A stretch of 64,000 bases of DNA from Thermoproteota archaeon (GTDB lineage Archaea > Asgardarchaeota > Jordiarchaeia > Jordiarchaeales > Freyrarchaeaceae): contig JAPDJY010000039.1 of the NCBI GenBank assembly GCA_029258835.1, forward strand, positions 64,001 to 128,000. Direction: 5' to 3'. A program made the translations under genes and the position numbers. Below, one piece after another: positions 1 to 9,942 of this stretch. The notes under the pieces are model-generated. The model ran no database searches and had not been told where the DNA came from. It saw nothing but the letters and a program-made list of their open reading frames with translations. Position 1 is the stretch's first letter. Every line of letters begins with the position of its first letter.

Positions 1-383
1 TCTTTTGCAAGTTGTATTAAATCCGGGTTTTCAAGCACCTTTAGATAATTTTTAATGGTTTTTTGTAAGCTTTCAATGCTTTCCCTGTGTGATCTTATCG
101 CCCGGATAAAGCCCCATGCTTTCTTTTCTTCATCATCATTTTTAGTAAAGCCGGCCGCATTCTCCGCTGCAATTTCAAATTTGAATAGATACTCACAAAG
201 ATCATAAAGAACATCTAAGGCAATCTTACCTTCCTTAACCTTTGCTTCTCGATCATTATTTGATTCCATAACCGCTAATGCTTCAGAGAGACGAGAAAGA
301 GCCTCATGATAACTCTTTAGTGTTGCCCTAAAATCGGAAAGTAACGCAGAAAGTTCTTTTTCAGGATAATCCCTCTTCGCCAC
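1..383 (-). CDS. Hypothetical helical protein, runs off the window start
   Basis: Open frame from GTG at 383 (VAKRDYPEKELSALLSDF...) to the window edge; no family recognised. Confidence 0.6.
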   Translation of the reverse strand, partial: MAKRDYPEKELSALLSDFRATLKSYHEALSRLSEALAVMESNNDREAKVKEGKIALDVLYDLCEYLFKFEIAAENAAGFTKNDDEEKKAWGFIRAIRSHRESIESLQKTIKNYLKVLENPDLIQLAK

Positions 384-536
384 CTTGGGACACCCCACTT
401 AAAAGTTCAAAAATGAGGAATACTTGTTTCTTCCTTCGAGAGAGCATCATGAAATCTTAATGTAAGATAGACAATAAAAATTTTTAGCGCTTCAAGGCAG
501 TTAAATGTTGACGGGCGACCAATTTGGTGAAAGAAA

Positions 537-1997
537 ATGAATAATGAAATTGTAAATCTCTTGAAGGAAAAGATAGGCGAGAAGAAGGTGTTCACAGAGG
601 ACTTCATCAGGTTTGTTTATAGTAGAGACTGGGCGCCGAGACCTGCTAACGAATATTCGCTTCCCGACGTAGTGGTAAGACCTACCAGTACAGAAGAAGT
701 AGCCGAAGTAGTCAAAATTGCTTATAAATATAACGTACCAGTCGTCCCATTTGGTGGTGGAACCGGCATGGGAGGAGGAGCGGTTCCCTCAGAGGGAGGG
801 ATCTTAATTGACACGAGAGGACTTAATAAGGTCTTAGAGGTAGATAAGGAAAACAGGGTTGTGGTCGTGCAAGCGGGAATAACCGTAGAAGAGTTAAACA
901 AAGAATTGAACAAGCATGACCTCTGGTGGCCTCATGATCCCGAGAGTAAGCCAGCTTCTACGGTTGGAGCCGCTATAGCGTGTGACAATGATGGAACGTT
1001 CGGAATAAGATATGGAAAAATGGTGGACTATTTGTTAAATGCAGTTATCGTCACAGGTACGGGTGATATCTTAAGGGTTGGCCATAGGAAAGCGCTTTGC
1101 ACGTCTACCGGATATAAACTTCATTGGCTTATGATAGGGGCAGAGGGAACGCTTGGAATAATAACGGAAGTAACGCTTAGAGTTTTCCCTAAACCCGATG
1201 TGAGACAGGTTGAGGCTGCCGTTTTTAAGTCTATTTCTTCTGCAGTATCGGTGCTTGAAAGGATGCTTCAAGCAGGGTTAAACGTGGAAAGCGCCCACAT
1301 AAATTGTAAGAAAAGATTACAGTTTTATACGCATGCATACAGGCAGAAATACGGTAAAGCGCCTGACATACCTGAGTGGGCTGAAGCCATTCTTTTCGTA
1401 TCCTTTAGTGGAGATGAAGAAGTTGTTGAGTTTTCCAGAAGTTATGCATTGAAGCTTATTGAGGATGCTGGTGGCGTCATAGTCAAGGAGAGAGAGCTTG
1501 TCGATAGTTGGTGGACCAGTAAACATCTATTGAGATTTGAGCCTTTCAAGCAGAAGTGGCCAGACAGTCAAAGAGTACGGAAGTTTGGAGCCGCAGACCT
1601 AGGTATTCCGATAGGGAGAATAGAGGAAGCATATAGGAAGTATTTAGAAATTGCTGCTAAGCACGGGATAGAAGTATTGGGCATGTGCGTTTACCATCAG
1701 AGACCTAATAGAGTAAGTCCAAGTATAAGTTTTGCAGTTTTTGTTGATGATAGTGATCCTAACGAAGTGAAGCGATTTTACAAGTATGTTGCAGAGATGA
1801 GCAAGATGGCTGTTGACCTTGAGGGAACTATGAGTACATACATAGGAGATGGAGAAAGACTTGGAGGGTTTAACCGGTATGAGCACGGGAAAGGGCTTGA
1901 GTACATGCGACGGGTAAAGCAAGTTTTTGATCCTAAGAACATTCTAAACCCGGGTAAAAAGTTTGTATCAAAGTGGATAGGAGAAGGCGAGGTGTAA
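537..1997 (+). CDS. FAD-linked oxidase, GlcD/D-lactate dehydrogenase family
   Basis: PDVVVRP...VVPFGGGTGMGGG FAD-binding PCMH motif, GAEGTLGIITE, C-terminal EHG..G and FDPKNILNPGK. Confidence 0.9.
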   Translation: MNNEIVNLLKEKIGEKKVFTEDFIRFVYSRDWAPRPANEYSLPDVVVRPTSTEEVAEVVKIAYKYNVPVVPFGGGTGMGGGAVPSEGGILIDTRGLNKVLEVDKENRVVVVQAGITVEELNKELNKHDLWWPHDPESKPASTVGAAIACDNDGTFGIRYGKMVDYLLNAVIVTGTGDILRVGHRKALCTSTGYKLHWLMIGAEGTLGIITEVTLRVFPKPDVRQVEAAVFKSISSAVSVLERMLQAGLNVESAHINCKKRLQFYTHAYRQKYGKAPDIPEWAEAILFVSFSGDEEVVEFSRSYALKLIEDAGGVIVKERELVDSWWTSKHLLRFEPFKQKWPDSQRVRKFGAADLGIPIGRIEEAYRKYLEIAAKHGIEVLGMCVYHQRPNRVSPSISFAVFVDDSDPNEVKRFYKYVAEMSKMAVDLEGTMSTYIGDGERLGGFNRYEHGKGLEYMRRVKQVFDPKNILNPGKKFVSKWIGEGEV

Positions 1998-2001
1998 AGA
2001 A

Positions 2002-3109
2002 GTGCAGCTTAAAGAGTATGTTCAAGACGTGTATACTTGTAATAGGACGAGGTGCGGCTACAGCCCCCTTTAATGAAGGGGGCGGCTAATGTATTGAAGA
2101 ATGCCCTTTCTTTAAGGAATTAAGGTTGGAACCATACTCAAGTAGGGGAAAAATGCTAATAGCAAGAGGCATACTTGAAGGTATCATCAAGCCAAGCGAG
2201 AGTCTGCTTAGAATAATTACTGCTTGCACTACATGTGGCTATTGCCTTTACAGGTGTGCTCTTCATAACATAGACGTAATTGTTTCGTTGAGGGCTGAGC
2301 TAGTCCGTGCAGGATACGTTGACCCCGCCCATAAAACGGCTGCTGAAAACATTCTTTCTTTTGGAAATCCCTATTCTAGGGGATTTAAGAAGGATCTTGC
2401 TCTTCCTAGGAAGGCGGAAACAATTTTTTTTGCTGGATGCAGTTACTTCCACCTAGTCCCTGAGAAGCTTAGAGTAATAGAGGAAATTCTGCTGAAGATG
2501 AGAAATGTAGGAAGCCTTGGTGTAAGTGAGCCATGCTGTGGGAACGTTATGCTTTCGACCGGCCAAATCGATGCTTTCACGAGTTACGGTGAAAGGGTTG
2601 TCAAAATGTTTAGAGAGGCAGGTGTTGAACGTATAATTACTGCGTGTCCGGGATGCTATGAGACGCTTTACCAAGAGTACCCGAAGTTTTTCGATTTTGA
2701 CGTTGAAGTCCAGCATATAACCCAGTTTTTAGCAGATGAAATAGAGAAAGGAAAAGTGAAAGTGAAACGTTTAGATGGAGTAGCTACTTTTCATGACCCA
2801 TGCCACCTTGCAAGGTACGCAGGGATAACCGAGGAGCCACGCTTAATTATCGAGGCTACTGGTATGGAAATTGCTGAAATGGAACATAATAGGATGAACA
2901 CTATGTGTTGTGGTGGAGGGGGAGGGGCGCCCCTCGCCCATCCTAGGATTACAGCTAAAATTGCAGAAAAGAGGGTTACAGAAGCTATTAATTCGGGAGC
3001 AGGAACTATAGTAACGGCGTGTCCATTATGCGAGTACATGTTAAGTAGAGGTATTAGACGGAGGAAAAGCACGCTTAAGGTACTAGATATAACGGAGTTG
3101 GTTAAATGA
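2002..3109 (+). CDS. Fe-S/CCG-domain oxidoreductase subunit (GlcF/HdrD-like); spliced join(2002..2061,2090..3109), 359 aa
   Basis: GTG start 4 nt after the glcD-like stop; removing 2062-2089 gives CNRTRCGYCIEECP in frame with CTTCGYCLYRC, CCG, ACPGC, HDPCHL, CCGGGGG and ACPLC. Confidence 0.88.
2062..2089 (+). other. BHB-type intron (28 nt) in the Fe-S oxidoreductase mRNA
   Basis: GGUGC-GGCU-AC|A-GCCCCCUU(UAAUG)AAGGGGGC-GGCU-AA|U-GUAUU: outer helix, 4-bp central helix, two 3-nt bulges, 8-bp intron stem; contains an in-frame TAA. Confidence 0.88.
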
Positions 3110-3128
3110 AAAAATTCCTGATGATTTT

Positions 3129-4052
3129 TTATCGGTAGTATGGGGCTCGTCTTTTTACAGCTTCAATGAAGAGTTTTTTTATTTCCTCTTCGGATGCTCC
3201 CTTCCGCATGGGAGTTAAAACGTCGACTAAATTGTCATTTCGCATGAGGCAAGGCTTAAGCTTTCCATCGCTTGTCACCCGTAGTCTAGTGCAGTTGGCG
3301 CAAAATTCACTATTATGGACGGGTTTGACAAGTTCAACTTCCCCGCCATCCTTTAAAAAGTATTTTTTTCTTTTTTGCATTTTTCTGATTACAACTTTTA
3401 CTGATAGTTCCTCAAGAAGTCTTTCGATGGAGGTAACATCAGCATGATATTTTTTAAGGAAAGAAGCGTTATCAGGAACAACAAGCTCTATGACTTGAAG
3501 GATGATGCCCTTTTTTCTTGAGAAATCTATTAGAGAAGGCAGTTCGGATTCGTTAACATTTTTTAGTAAAACCATATTAAGCTTAACAGGTTTTAGACCA
3601 GCTTTAAGCGCTGCGTCTATCCCGTCCAAAACGCGTCCAAAAAGCGCTTTCCCGGTGATTTTTGCATATTTTTCTTTTGAAAGAGTGTCTAAACTGATGT
3701 TAACTCTCTTCAATCCGGCTTTAGCTAGAGGCCGCGCCCATTCGGAGAGGAGAGTTCCGTTCGTGGTCATTGAGATATCACGTATTCCTTTTATTTTAGA
3801 GAGTAGCTTAACAACCTTCACTATTTCTTTGTAGAGAAGGGGTTCGCCACCAGTTAACTTTATTTTTTCTACGCCGAGGCTGGCAGCCACTTTAACAAGT
3901 AATTCGATCTCCTCAGCGCTCATTTCCACAGTTTTAGGTCCACTGCTGCAACCCTGCCCTTCATGATGACAGTAAAAACAGTTAAGGTTGCATTGCTGGG
4001 TAAGAGAAATTCTAAGGTCATTTACTGGGCGACCATATGGATCAATGAGCAT
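3129..4052 (-). CDS. moaA: GTP 3',8-cyclase (molybdenum cofactor biosynthesis)
   Basis: LRISLTQQCNLNCFYCHHEG radical-SAM motif, LTGGEPLL, C-terminal FCANCTRLRVTSDGKLKPCL. Confidence 0.95.
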   Translation of the reverse strand: MLIDPYGRPVNDLRISLTQQCNLNCFYCHHEGQGCSSGPKTVEMSAEEIELLVKVAASLGVEKIKLTGGEPLLYKEIVKVVKLLSKIKGIRDISMTTNGTLLSEWARPLAKAGLKRVNISLDTLSKEKYAKITGKALFGRVLDGIDAALKAGLKPVKLNMVLLKNVNESELPSLIDFSRKKGIILQVIELVVPDNASFLKKYHADVTSIERLLEELSVKVVIRKMQKRKKYFLKDGGEVELVKPVHNSEFCANCTRLRVTSDGKLKPCLMRNDNLVDVLTPMRKGASEEEIKKLFIEAVKRRAPYYR

Positions 4053-4273
4053 TTTAGCCCCTCACAAGAGGTAGGCGTAGAACTTATGGATGCAAAGGGC
4101 AAAATAAACATTTTCTTATTTTCTTAATGTTGAGCAGAAAAAGCCGGTACAATTTGTTTTGATCGATGTAAATATCTTGCAGGTATTACTTGCTCTTATT
4201 TAACACAATAAACCGTTTGAGATCAAAAGGGGAAGGAAAGGGTGGGTTGATTTTGTTGTTTGAGCGGGGGTTT

Positions 4274-4606
4274 ATGAAGAATGAAGCTGAGACCAGTAGG
4301 GAAAAAGAGGCGTTAAAGAGGTTTGTGATCGGAGATTATGCTAAAATAGCAATTTTAGAGCAGCTCGCCAAAGGGGAATGGTGTACTTTAGGAGAGCTAT
4401 GTAGGATTGCTAAAAATTATGATAAATACATTGGCCCTGTTCGCGTTTCTACAATATTACTATATATAGAGAAAATTGCAAAGAATGTATTGGAAAAAAG
4501 TGAGGGTGGAACTTTAATTAAATGGAGAGTGAAACCTGAAAAGGTTAAAGTTATAGAGGAGTGCGTCGAGGAGGTAAAGACGCGATCTTACCGGAAGACC
4601 ATTTGA
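4274..4606 (+). CDS. Hypothetical protein, possible winged-helix
   Basis: Purine-rich ORF, ATG after GGGGG; helix-turn-helix plus terminal beta pattern judged by eye. Confidence 0.5.
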   Translation: MKNEAETSREKEALKRFVIGDYAKIAILEQLAKGEWCTLGELCRIAKNYDKYIGPVRVSTILLYIEKIAKNVLEKSEGGTLIKWRVKPEKVKVIEECVEEVKTRSYRKTI

Positions 4607-4803
4607 AATGGTAGATAGATGATTAAGCGTGAAGCCATTTACTAAACATTGCATCATTCTCCAAGTAAAAAATAAAGCTATCTAAATGGTGGGCGACATT
4701 TAATATATGAAAAAATGATGAAGAAGTATTCTTCTGGGAGGACGTGTTGGAAATGGAAGTTTTTATTTAAAAACCGTATAGAAGAAAGGGCGGAAAATTG
4801 TTT

Positions 4804-5424
4804 TTATTCAATTTTCAGTTCTTCTATCCCATTACTTGTTATTTTGCAGATTTGGATTGTTCCGCCGGAGGCGACGTCCCTTGATCTGGCAGCTCTTATG
4901 GCGCGCTCCGCTAGTTTAGCGGCTTCTTCGACTAGTATACCATCATGATATTCGTCTTCAAGGATGCCGAAAGCTATAACGGAGCCTGAGCCGGTCGCGC
5001 CAAACTTATCTTCTTCTATAAGGCTACCCATGGGGTCTAAGGTGAATATGTGGGGGCCCGTGCCGTCTACTCCGCCTATAATAAGCATGCTTATGTATGG
5101 AAAAAGCCTATTTTGGAACAATATTAATGATGTTAGGCGGGCTGCTGCTTTTACAGAGACATCTCTCCCTAATTCAAGCTTTAAAAGGGCAAGATTAGCT
5201 TTAAGTGTATCAACTACGTGTTGACAGTCTGCAACAGAGCCGCTAATAGTCACAGCGATCTTATCCGTAATCCTGTGTATTTTAGGGGCTGCTGTACTGG
5301 CAACTAAATTTCCCATTGTTGCTTGTGATTCTGTGGCGAGAACTACTCCGTCCTTGCAAACTATCCCGACAGTTGTTGTACCAGTCATTATGAGTTTTGA
5401 TTTATCATAATGCATAGGAATCAC
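4804..5424 (-). CDS. psmB: Proteasome subunit beta
   Basis: Propeptide followed by G|TTTVGIVCKDGVVLA, GSVAD, ATGSGS and RDVASGG. Confidence 0.96.
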   Translation of the reverse strand: MIPMHYDKSKLIMTGTTTVGIVCKDGVVLATESQATMGNLVASTAAPKIHRITDKIAVTISGSVADCQHVVDTLKANLALLKLELGRDVSVKAAARLTSLILFQNRLFPYISMLIIGGVDGTGPHIFTLDPMGSLIEEDKFGATGSGSVIAFGILEDEYHDGILVEEAAKLAERAIRAARSRDVASGGTIQICKITSNGIEELKIE

Positions 5425-5545
5425 CTTTCAATGCTGCCGTCACTTTTCTTGCTGTAAGGTTTCTTATGGCGAAACTATATAAATACTTTCACAATGAAAG
5501 TAAAGAAACATGGTCATTCTGGGGGGAAATCCTAGAGAAAATTAG

Positions 5546-5632
5546 TGGGCGGGCCAGGATTTGAACCTGGGACCTCCACGGCGTCAACTTCACCCTGATC
5601 GTGTGGCGTCATAACCGCTAGACTACCCGCCC
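5546..5632 (-). tRNA. tRNA-Val(GAC) with a 14-nt intron at 30/31 (5589..5602)
   Basis: Cloverleaf GGGCGGG...CCACG-UUGACGC-CGUGG...UUCAAAU...CCCGCCCA (73 nt) after removing ACGAUCAGGGUGAA; central helix CGCC/GGUG. Confidence 0.9.
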
Positions 5633-5642
5633 ACGATAATGA

Positions 5643-5782
5643 TGGTGGACCCCGCGGGATCTATTCACCTTTTCTAGGGCTTTGAATTCGCGGTCCCCTT
5701 AGGACACCCGCGGCCTCCGCGATGCCGACGCGCCCCTTGGAAAGGGGAAACGCGGTGCTCTACCAGGCTGAGCTAGGGGCCC
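5643..5782 (-). tRNA. tRNA-Ala(GGC) with three introns: 33/34 (5727..5748), 53/54 (5687..5706), 58/59 (5661..5681)
   Basis: G3:U70 alanine identity pair, encoded CCA; removing 22+20+21 nt BHB inserts gives a standard 77-nt cloverleaf with loop UUGGCAU. Confidence 0.9.
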
Positions 5783-5936
5783 ACCGTGATGACAGAAATA
5801 ACATTAAAGGTTTAAGTATTTTTCGGAGGGAATTCCTAACAAGAAAATTTACTTTAAAGAGGTTCTCCTAAAAGTTTAGCTTTAAAAGGAGAAAGTATTT
5901 TTTGGGTTTTTATAATAAAATAGGGTTTAATGGGTT

Positions 5937-6329
5937 TTGGGGAAAGTGATGAATTGGGATAATTCATTTTACTGGTGGATCGCGAACCCCGGAATAAACT
6001 TTTTGCTTTCACTCATTTTTTCTGTTATAGCATTCATAAGTATTCTATTTTTTTTAAGTAATTTGATTAGATTATCAGTTAATCAAAAAAATAGGAGCAG
6101 GTATATTATAGGTCTATTAGTTTCCATGATTGTAGTAGGAATTTGTGTAAGATGGGATTGGTTCCTTATCTACATAGGTAATCTATCGAGCTTTTTGGTA
6201 GAAGGTATAGGAGACATATTTATGAAAGTTATTTACTACTGGCATTTTTACAATTCTAATCAATTTACAAATACTACTACAATGCTTCAAGGCCTATTAG
6301 AAAGGCTACTCGTTTTGAACTTTAACTGA
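5937..6329 (+). CDS. Hypothetical membrane protein
   Basis: 130-aa ORF with 2-3 hydrophobic segments, AT-rich. Confidence 0.55.
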   Translation: MGKVMNWDNSFYWWIANPGINFLLSLIFSVIAFISILFFLSNLIRLSVNQKNRSRYIIGLLVSMIVVGICVRWDWFLIYIGNLSSFLVEGIGDIFMKVIYYWHFYNSNQFTNTTTMLQGLLERLLVLNFN

Positions 6330-6424
6330 ACATTGAAACTATTAAATTTCAACTGGAAAAGGAGCCCATACAGTTTTGAATTTTAAATCTTTAAAGAAAG
6401 AATGTAAAAGGGAGCAAATATAAG

Positions 6425-6688
6425 CTACTTATTCCTAAGTGTGTATATCTCATTGTCTACAAGTATATAAAATGTGTAGTCATGGAGTATGATTGGCTTC
6501 CTAAATAAGAAAGCTAATTTTAGAAAGTTTGAGACTTGTGCTTCACCCTTAAAAACTATTTCAGAACTCACTTGTTTGTTAAGTTTAAATTCATCAGGAG
6601 AAATTATCGGAACCTTCTCTTCTTTAGCTTTACTTTTAACCCGTTCCACAAATTCAGCCTTCTCTGGGTCTTCACCGAAAATAGGCAT
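6425..6688 (-). CDS. Hypothetical protein
   Basis: 87-aa ORF, ATG preceded by AAGGGGGA, composition typical of this genome. Confidence 0.6.
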   Translation of the reverse strand: MPIFGEDPEKAEFVERVKSKAKEEKVPIISPDEFKLNKQVSSEIVFKGEAQVSNFLKLAFLFRKPIILHDYTFYILVDNEIYTLRNK

Positions 6689-7196
6689 TTAATCTTTCCC
6701 CCTTCGAACAAGTTATCACTTATGCTCCGTTATAATTTCAAAGTAACTCTAAACTTTTTAATGTTTCTTTCGCACCACTCCTCACATCAGATAGTGCAAG
6801 TCTTAATAGTTAAAGGCAAATATTTAAACAATTTATAGAACATACCATAATCATTAAGAACTTTAAAAATGTTAGTAGATCATTGATCATAACGCTTAAA
6901 AGCAAACCTAAATTATGGAATGTAATAGCCATATTATCAATATTCTTACATAACAACGTCGGCGTCCACCAAAAACATTCTAGATGGAAGGCAATCCGCA
7001 GTTTCCACATCAGAACATTGCTTAGAAAAATGTAAGGAAGTTCCTTTAGTGGCTATTCCAAGGAGCAAGAGGATTTTTAAAAGGAGAATAAAACAACAAT
7101 GTGAAATGCAGAAGCAAGGGAGAGCAACAATAAAGATACTTTTTTAAAGAAACATGAATTTTGGTTTTAGCTGGAAAAGAGAGAAAAGCGGGTGAA

Positions 7197-7922
7197 ATGG
7201 GGGAAGTATTTAATTTGACCCAAGAGGGCAGTTCGATCTCAAAGGGAGACTTTATTCTTGTTGACTTAACTGGCCGTGTAAAAAATGGGGAAGTTTTTGA
7301 AACGACGTCAAAAGATGTTGCTGAGAAAGAGGGAATATATGATGAGGGACAAGCTTATGAACCTAAACTTGTTATTGTGGGTGAGGGATGGATTCTCCCG
7401 AAGTTAGATGAAGTACTGGAAAAAATGAGAGTTGGTGAGACGAGAACTGTTAAAATAGAAAATGCTTTTGGAGAGTGGAAGAGAGAAAATGTTAAGTCCT
7501 TACCACTAAAGGAATTCTTAAAAAGTAATATTGAACCTAAACCAGGAATGCGCGTAAGAATAGGAAACAGGTTAGCTACTGTTAAGAGGGTTGGTGGAGG
7601 GCGGGTTCGTGTTGATTTAAATCATCCTTATGCGGGAAAAACTGTTGTCTATGAGGTCACAATAAAAGAAAAAATAACTGATAAACAAGAGAAGATAAAA
7701 GCATTGATTAGAAGGAGAATGCCGGACATTCCATTAGAAAAAACCAAGATCACAACCAGCAATGAAGAGAGGATCATAATTGAATTACCAAAAGAAGTAT
7801 TATTTGCGGATGGAGTACAGTTTGTTAAGTATGGTATAGCAAATGATCTTAAAAGATACTTGAATTTTGAAGAGATAATATTTGTCGAGAAATATGGCGA
7901 AGAATTACTCGGTAGGTCTTAG
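7197..7922 (+). CDS. slyD: FKBP-type peptidyl-prolyl isomerase, long archaeal SlyD type
   Basis: GDFILVDLTGR..NGEVFETT, VGEGWIL, VRVDLNHPYAGK plus C-terminal extension; start uncertain (7161/7197/7215). Confidence 0.9.
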   Translation: MGEVFNLTQEGSSISKGDFILVDLTGRVKNGEVFETTSKDVAEKEGIYDEGQAYEPKLVIVGEGWILPKLDEVLEKMRVGETRTVKIENAFGEWKRENVKSLPLKEFLKSNIEPKPGMRVRIGNRLATVKRVGGGRVRVDLNHPYAGKTVVYEVTIKEKITDKQEKIKALIRRRMPDIPLEKTKITTSNEERIIIELPKEVLFADGVQFVKYGIANDLKRYLNFEEIIFVEKYGEELLGRS

Positions 7923-8351
7923 ATACGCCAGTCTCAACGTTTTTCCAGCTTGGCAATCATTAATAACGCCTTCAACACTTTCAACTATGCACCGATCGCC
8001 AGGTCTTAAAAATTCAGGGTTGCATAAATTTATGTTGGGACAATCGGAAAAATGGCATTCTATGGGTTTATAAAGTATTAAGGCGCCTTTCACAGCTTGC
8101 TTGGAGTCAAGCACTGCTAAGATAGGAGAGAAGACCACTTCAACTGTTTTCACCCCGTCTTCATGTATCTTGCATGGATGTACCATGTCCCTAACATTAA
8201 CAACCTCGTACACGCGTCCAGGCTCTAAATTTTCAATACAAACCTTCTGTAACGTACATGACTTACAAAGATCAACTGCTCCGCAATGTATAAATTTAAA
8301 ACCAATCTTAGCCTGCCTAACCCCCACCAAAGTTAAGAAGCGGCGAGTCAA
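7905..8351 (-). CDS. UPF0179 family protein
   Basis: LTLVG...AKIG..F, CxxCxxxxxC, NLEPGRVYEV, HPCKIHEDGV; typical neighbour of egsA and slyD. Confidence 0.88.
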   Translation of the reverse strand: MTRRFLTLVGVRQAKIGFKFIHCGAVDLCKSCTLQKVCIENLEPGRVYEVVNVRDMVHPCKIHEDGVKTVEVVFSPILAVLDSKQAVKGALILYKPIECHFSDCPNINLCNPEFLRPGDRCIVESVEGVINDCQAGKTLRLAYLRPTE

Positions 8352-8377
8352 TGTATAATTGCCTCCCTTTAAAGAAT

Positions 8378-9463
8378 TTAGCTTATAACACCCGTCACGG
8401 TTGCTAATCGTATAGCAGCCTCCCTGTTTATTCCTCGTTCACCAAGGATCGTATATCTATCAGGGCGGATAGTATGAGCCATACAGAGAGCCTTTATGAT
8501 GTATTCAGGGTCGATCCCTAACTCTTTCGCTGTTGTAGGTGCACCTATGGTTTTTAACGCGTCTCTAATTGCCTGCCAATCTCCGCCATGAAGGTACATC
8601 ATCATTATTGCTCCAATGCCACATTGCTCCCCATGAAGTGCGGGATTTGGAGCAATCATATCTAGAGCGTGACTAAACATATGCTCTGCGCCACTAGCTG
8701 GTCGACTGCTACCGGCAATACCCATGCTAACGCCACTACTTATTAGGGCTTCTATAACGGTACGTAGACTGTCCTCGGTCCTTTGAGCTATAAAGGAGGC
8801 ATTCTGTAAAATTAATTCACCACTTAAACGGGCAAGGGACGCAGCGTATTCGCCGAAATACTCATTTTTTAGCTTGTATGCCAGCTCCCAATCTTTAACC
8901 GAAGTTATATTAGCTATAACATCTCCACATCCAGCGGCAGTTAGTCTGTAAGGGGAACTACCTATTATGTTAGTATCTGCTATTATAACAAGCGGTGTAG
9001 ATGCTTTAAGAGAATGAGGGGTTTTTGCGTTCTTAATGCTTGCACGTGGAGAGGCGATTCCGTCATGGGATGCAGCGGTAGGCACGCTTATAAAAGGTAA
9101 ACCTTCAAGATGAGCGGCAAGCTTTGCAACGTCAATTACAGTACCTCCACCAACTCCAAGTACTACACTTGGGTGAAGGACATGAATTTTCATTCTTACT
9201 TTGTCGACTTCACACATGGTAGGATTTTCCACTATTATCATTGAATTAGGTATTTTAGAATCCTCTAGAGACCCAGCAACTTTCTTACCAGCTACTTTAC
9301 TCGTTTTTGGCCCAGAAATTATAAGAGCAGATTTTGTTAGACCTAATTTAACGCAGACATCGCCAGCCATATTAATTACATCTCGGCCTACAAGCACTTC
9401 CCTTGGTAACTCCATCTTATGTACAGGTAAACGCACTTGTAACGGCAGCATTTCCATTTCCAC
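8378..9463 (-). CDS. egsA: sn-glycerol-1-phosphate dehydrogenase
   Basis: GVGGGTVIDVAK, PTAASHDGIASP, SSRPASGAEH.FSHALD, LHGEQCG. Confidence 0.96.
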   Translation of the reverse strand: MEMEMLPLQVRLPVHKMELPREVLVGRDVINMAGDVCVKLGLTKSALIISGPKTSKVAGKKVAGSLEDSKIPNSMIIVENPTMCEVDKVRMKIHVLHPSVVLGVGGGTVIDVAKLAAHLEGLPFISVPTAASHDGIASPRASIKNAKTPHSLKASTPLVIIADTNIIGSSPYRLTAAGCGDVIANITSVKDWELAYKLKNEYFGEYAASLARLSGELILQNASFIAQRTEDSLRTVIEALISSGVSMGIAGSSRPASGAEHMFSHALDMIAPNPALHGEQCGIGAIMMMYLHGGDWQAIRDALKTIGAPTTAKELGIDPEYIIKALCMAHTIRPDRYTILGERGINREAAIRLATVTGVIS

Positions 9464-9942
9464 CTTATATTGAAGCTTTTGGGTTATTGGAATACGGATA
9501 TATCCCTTCTAAGGTTATTCTCATCTTTAAGGGTTTGATATTTACATCTGGTTTTAATATTTACCACCCTTCCTATTTCCTGAAAACGTTTATTGACGAA
9601 AAATAGACTATTAGTTAGAGGAAAGACGAAAATATGGCTTCCGAAGGAAGAGAAACTAGCTGAAAATAAAAAATCTCTTGTTTTGCGAAACGTTTATTAC
9701 AACTAAGATAATCATAAAACACAGTTTACATTCGAATAAAAATCGTCTTTTAGCCCCAAAACGGGTTAAACCGGATTAAAAGGCATTCTTACAAAAGCAC
9801 ATTTTGTATATCTGGGATGGGAACTTGATAAATGCCATCATAAAAATTCGGGGAAAAACGTTTCTCCTAGGTGAAATGGTACCAATTTGCCATGTTTTTA
9901 GGGAAAAATATGCATAGCAGTAGCAGAAGGGAGAGATGGTTG

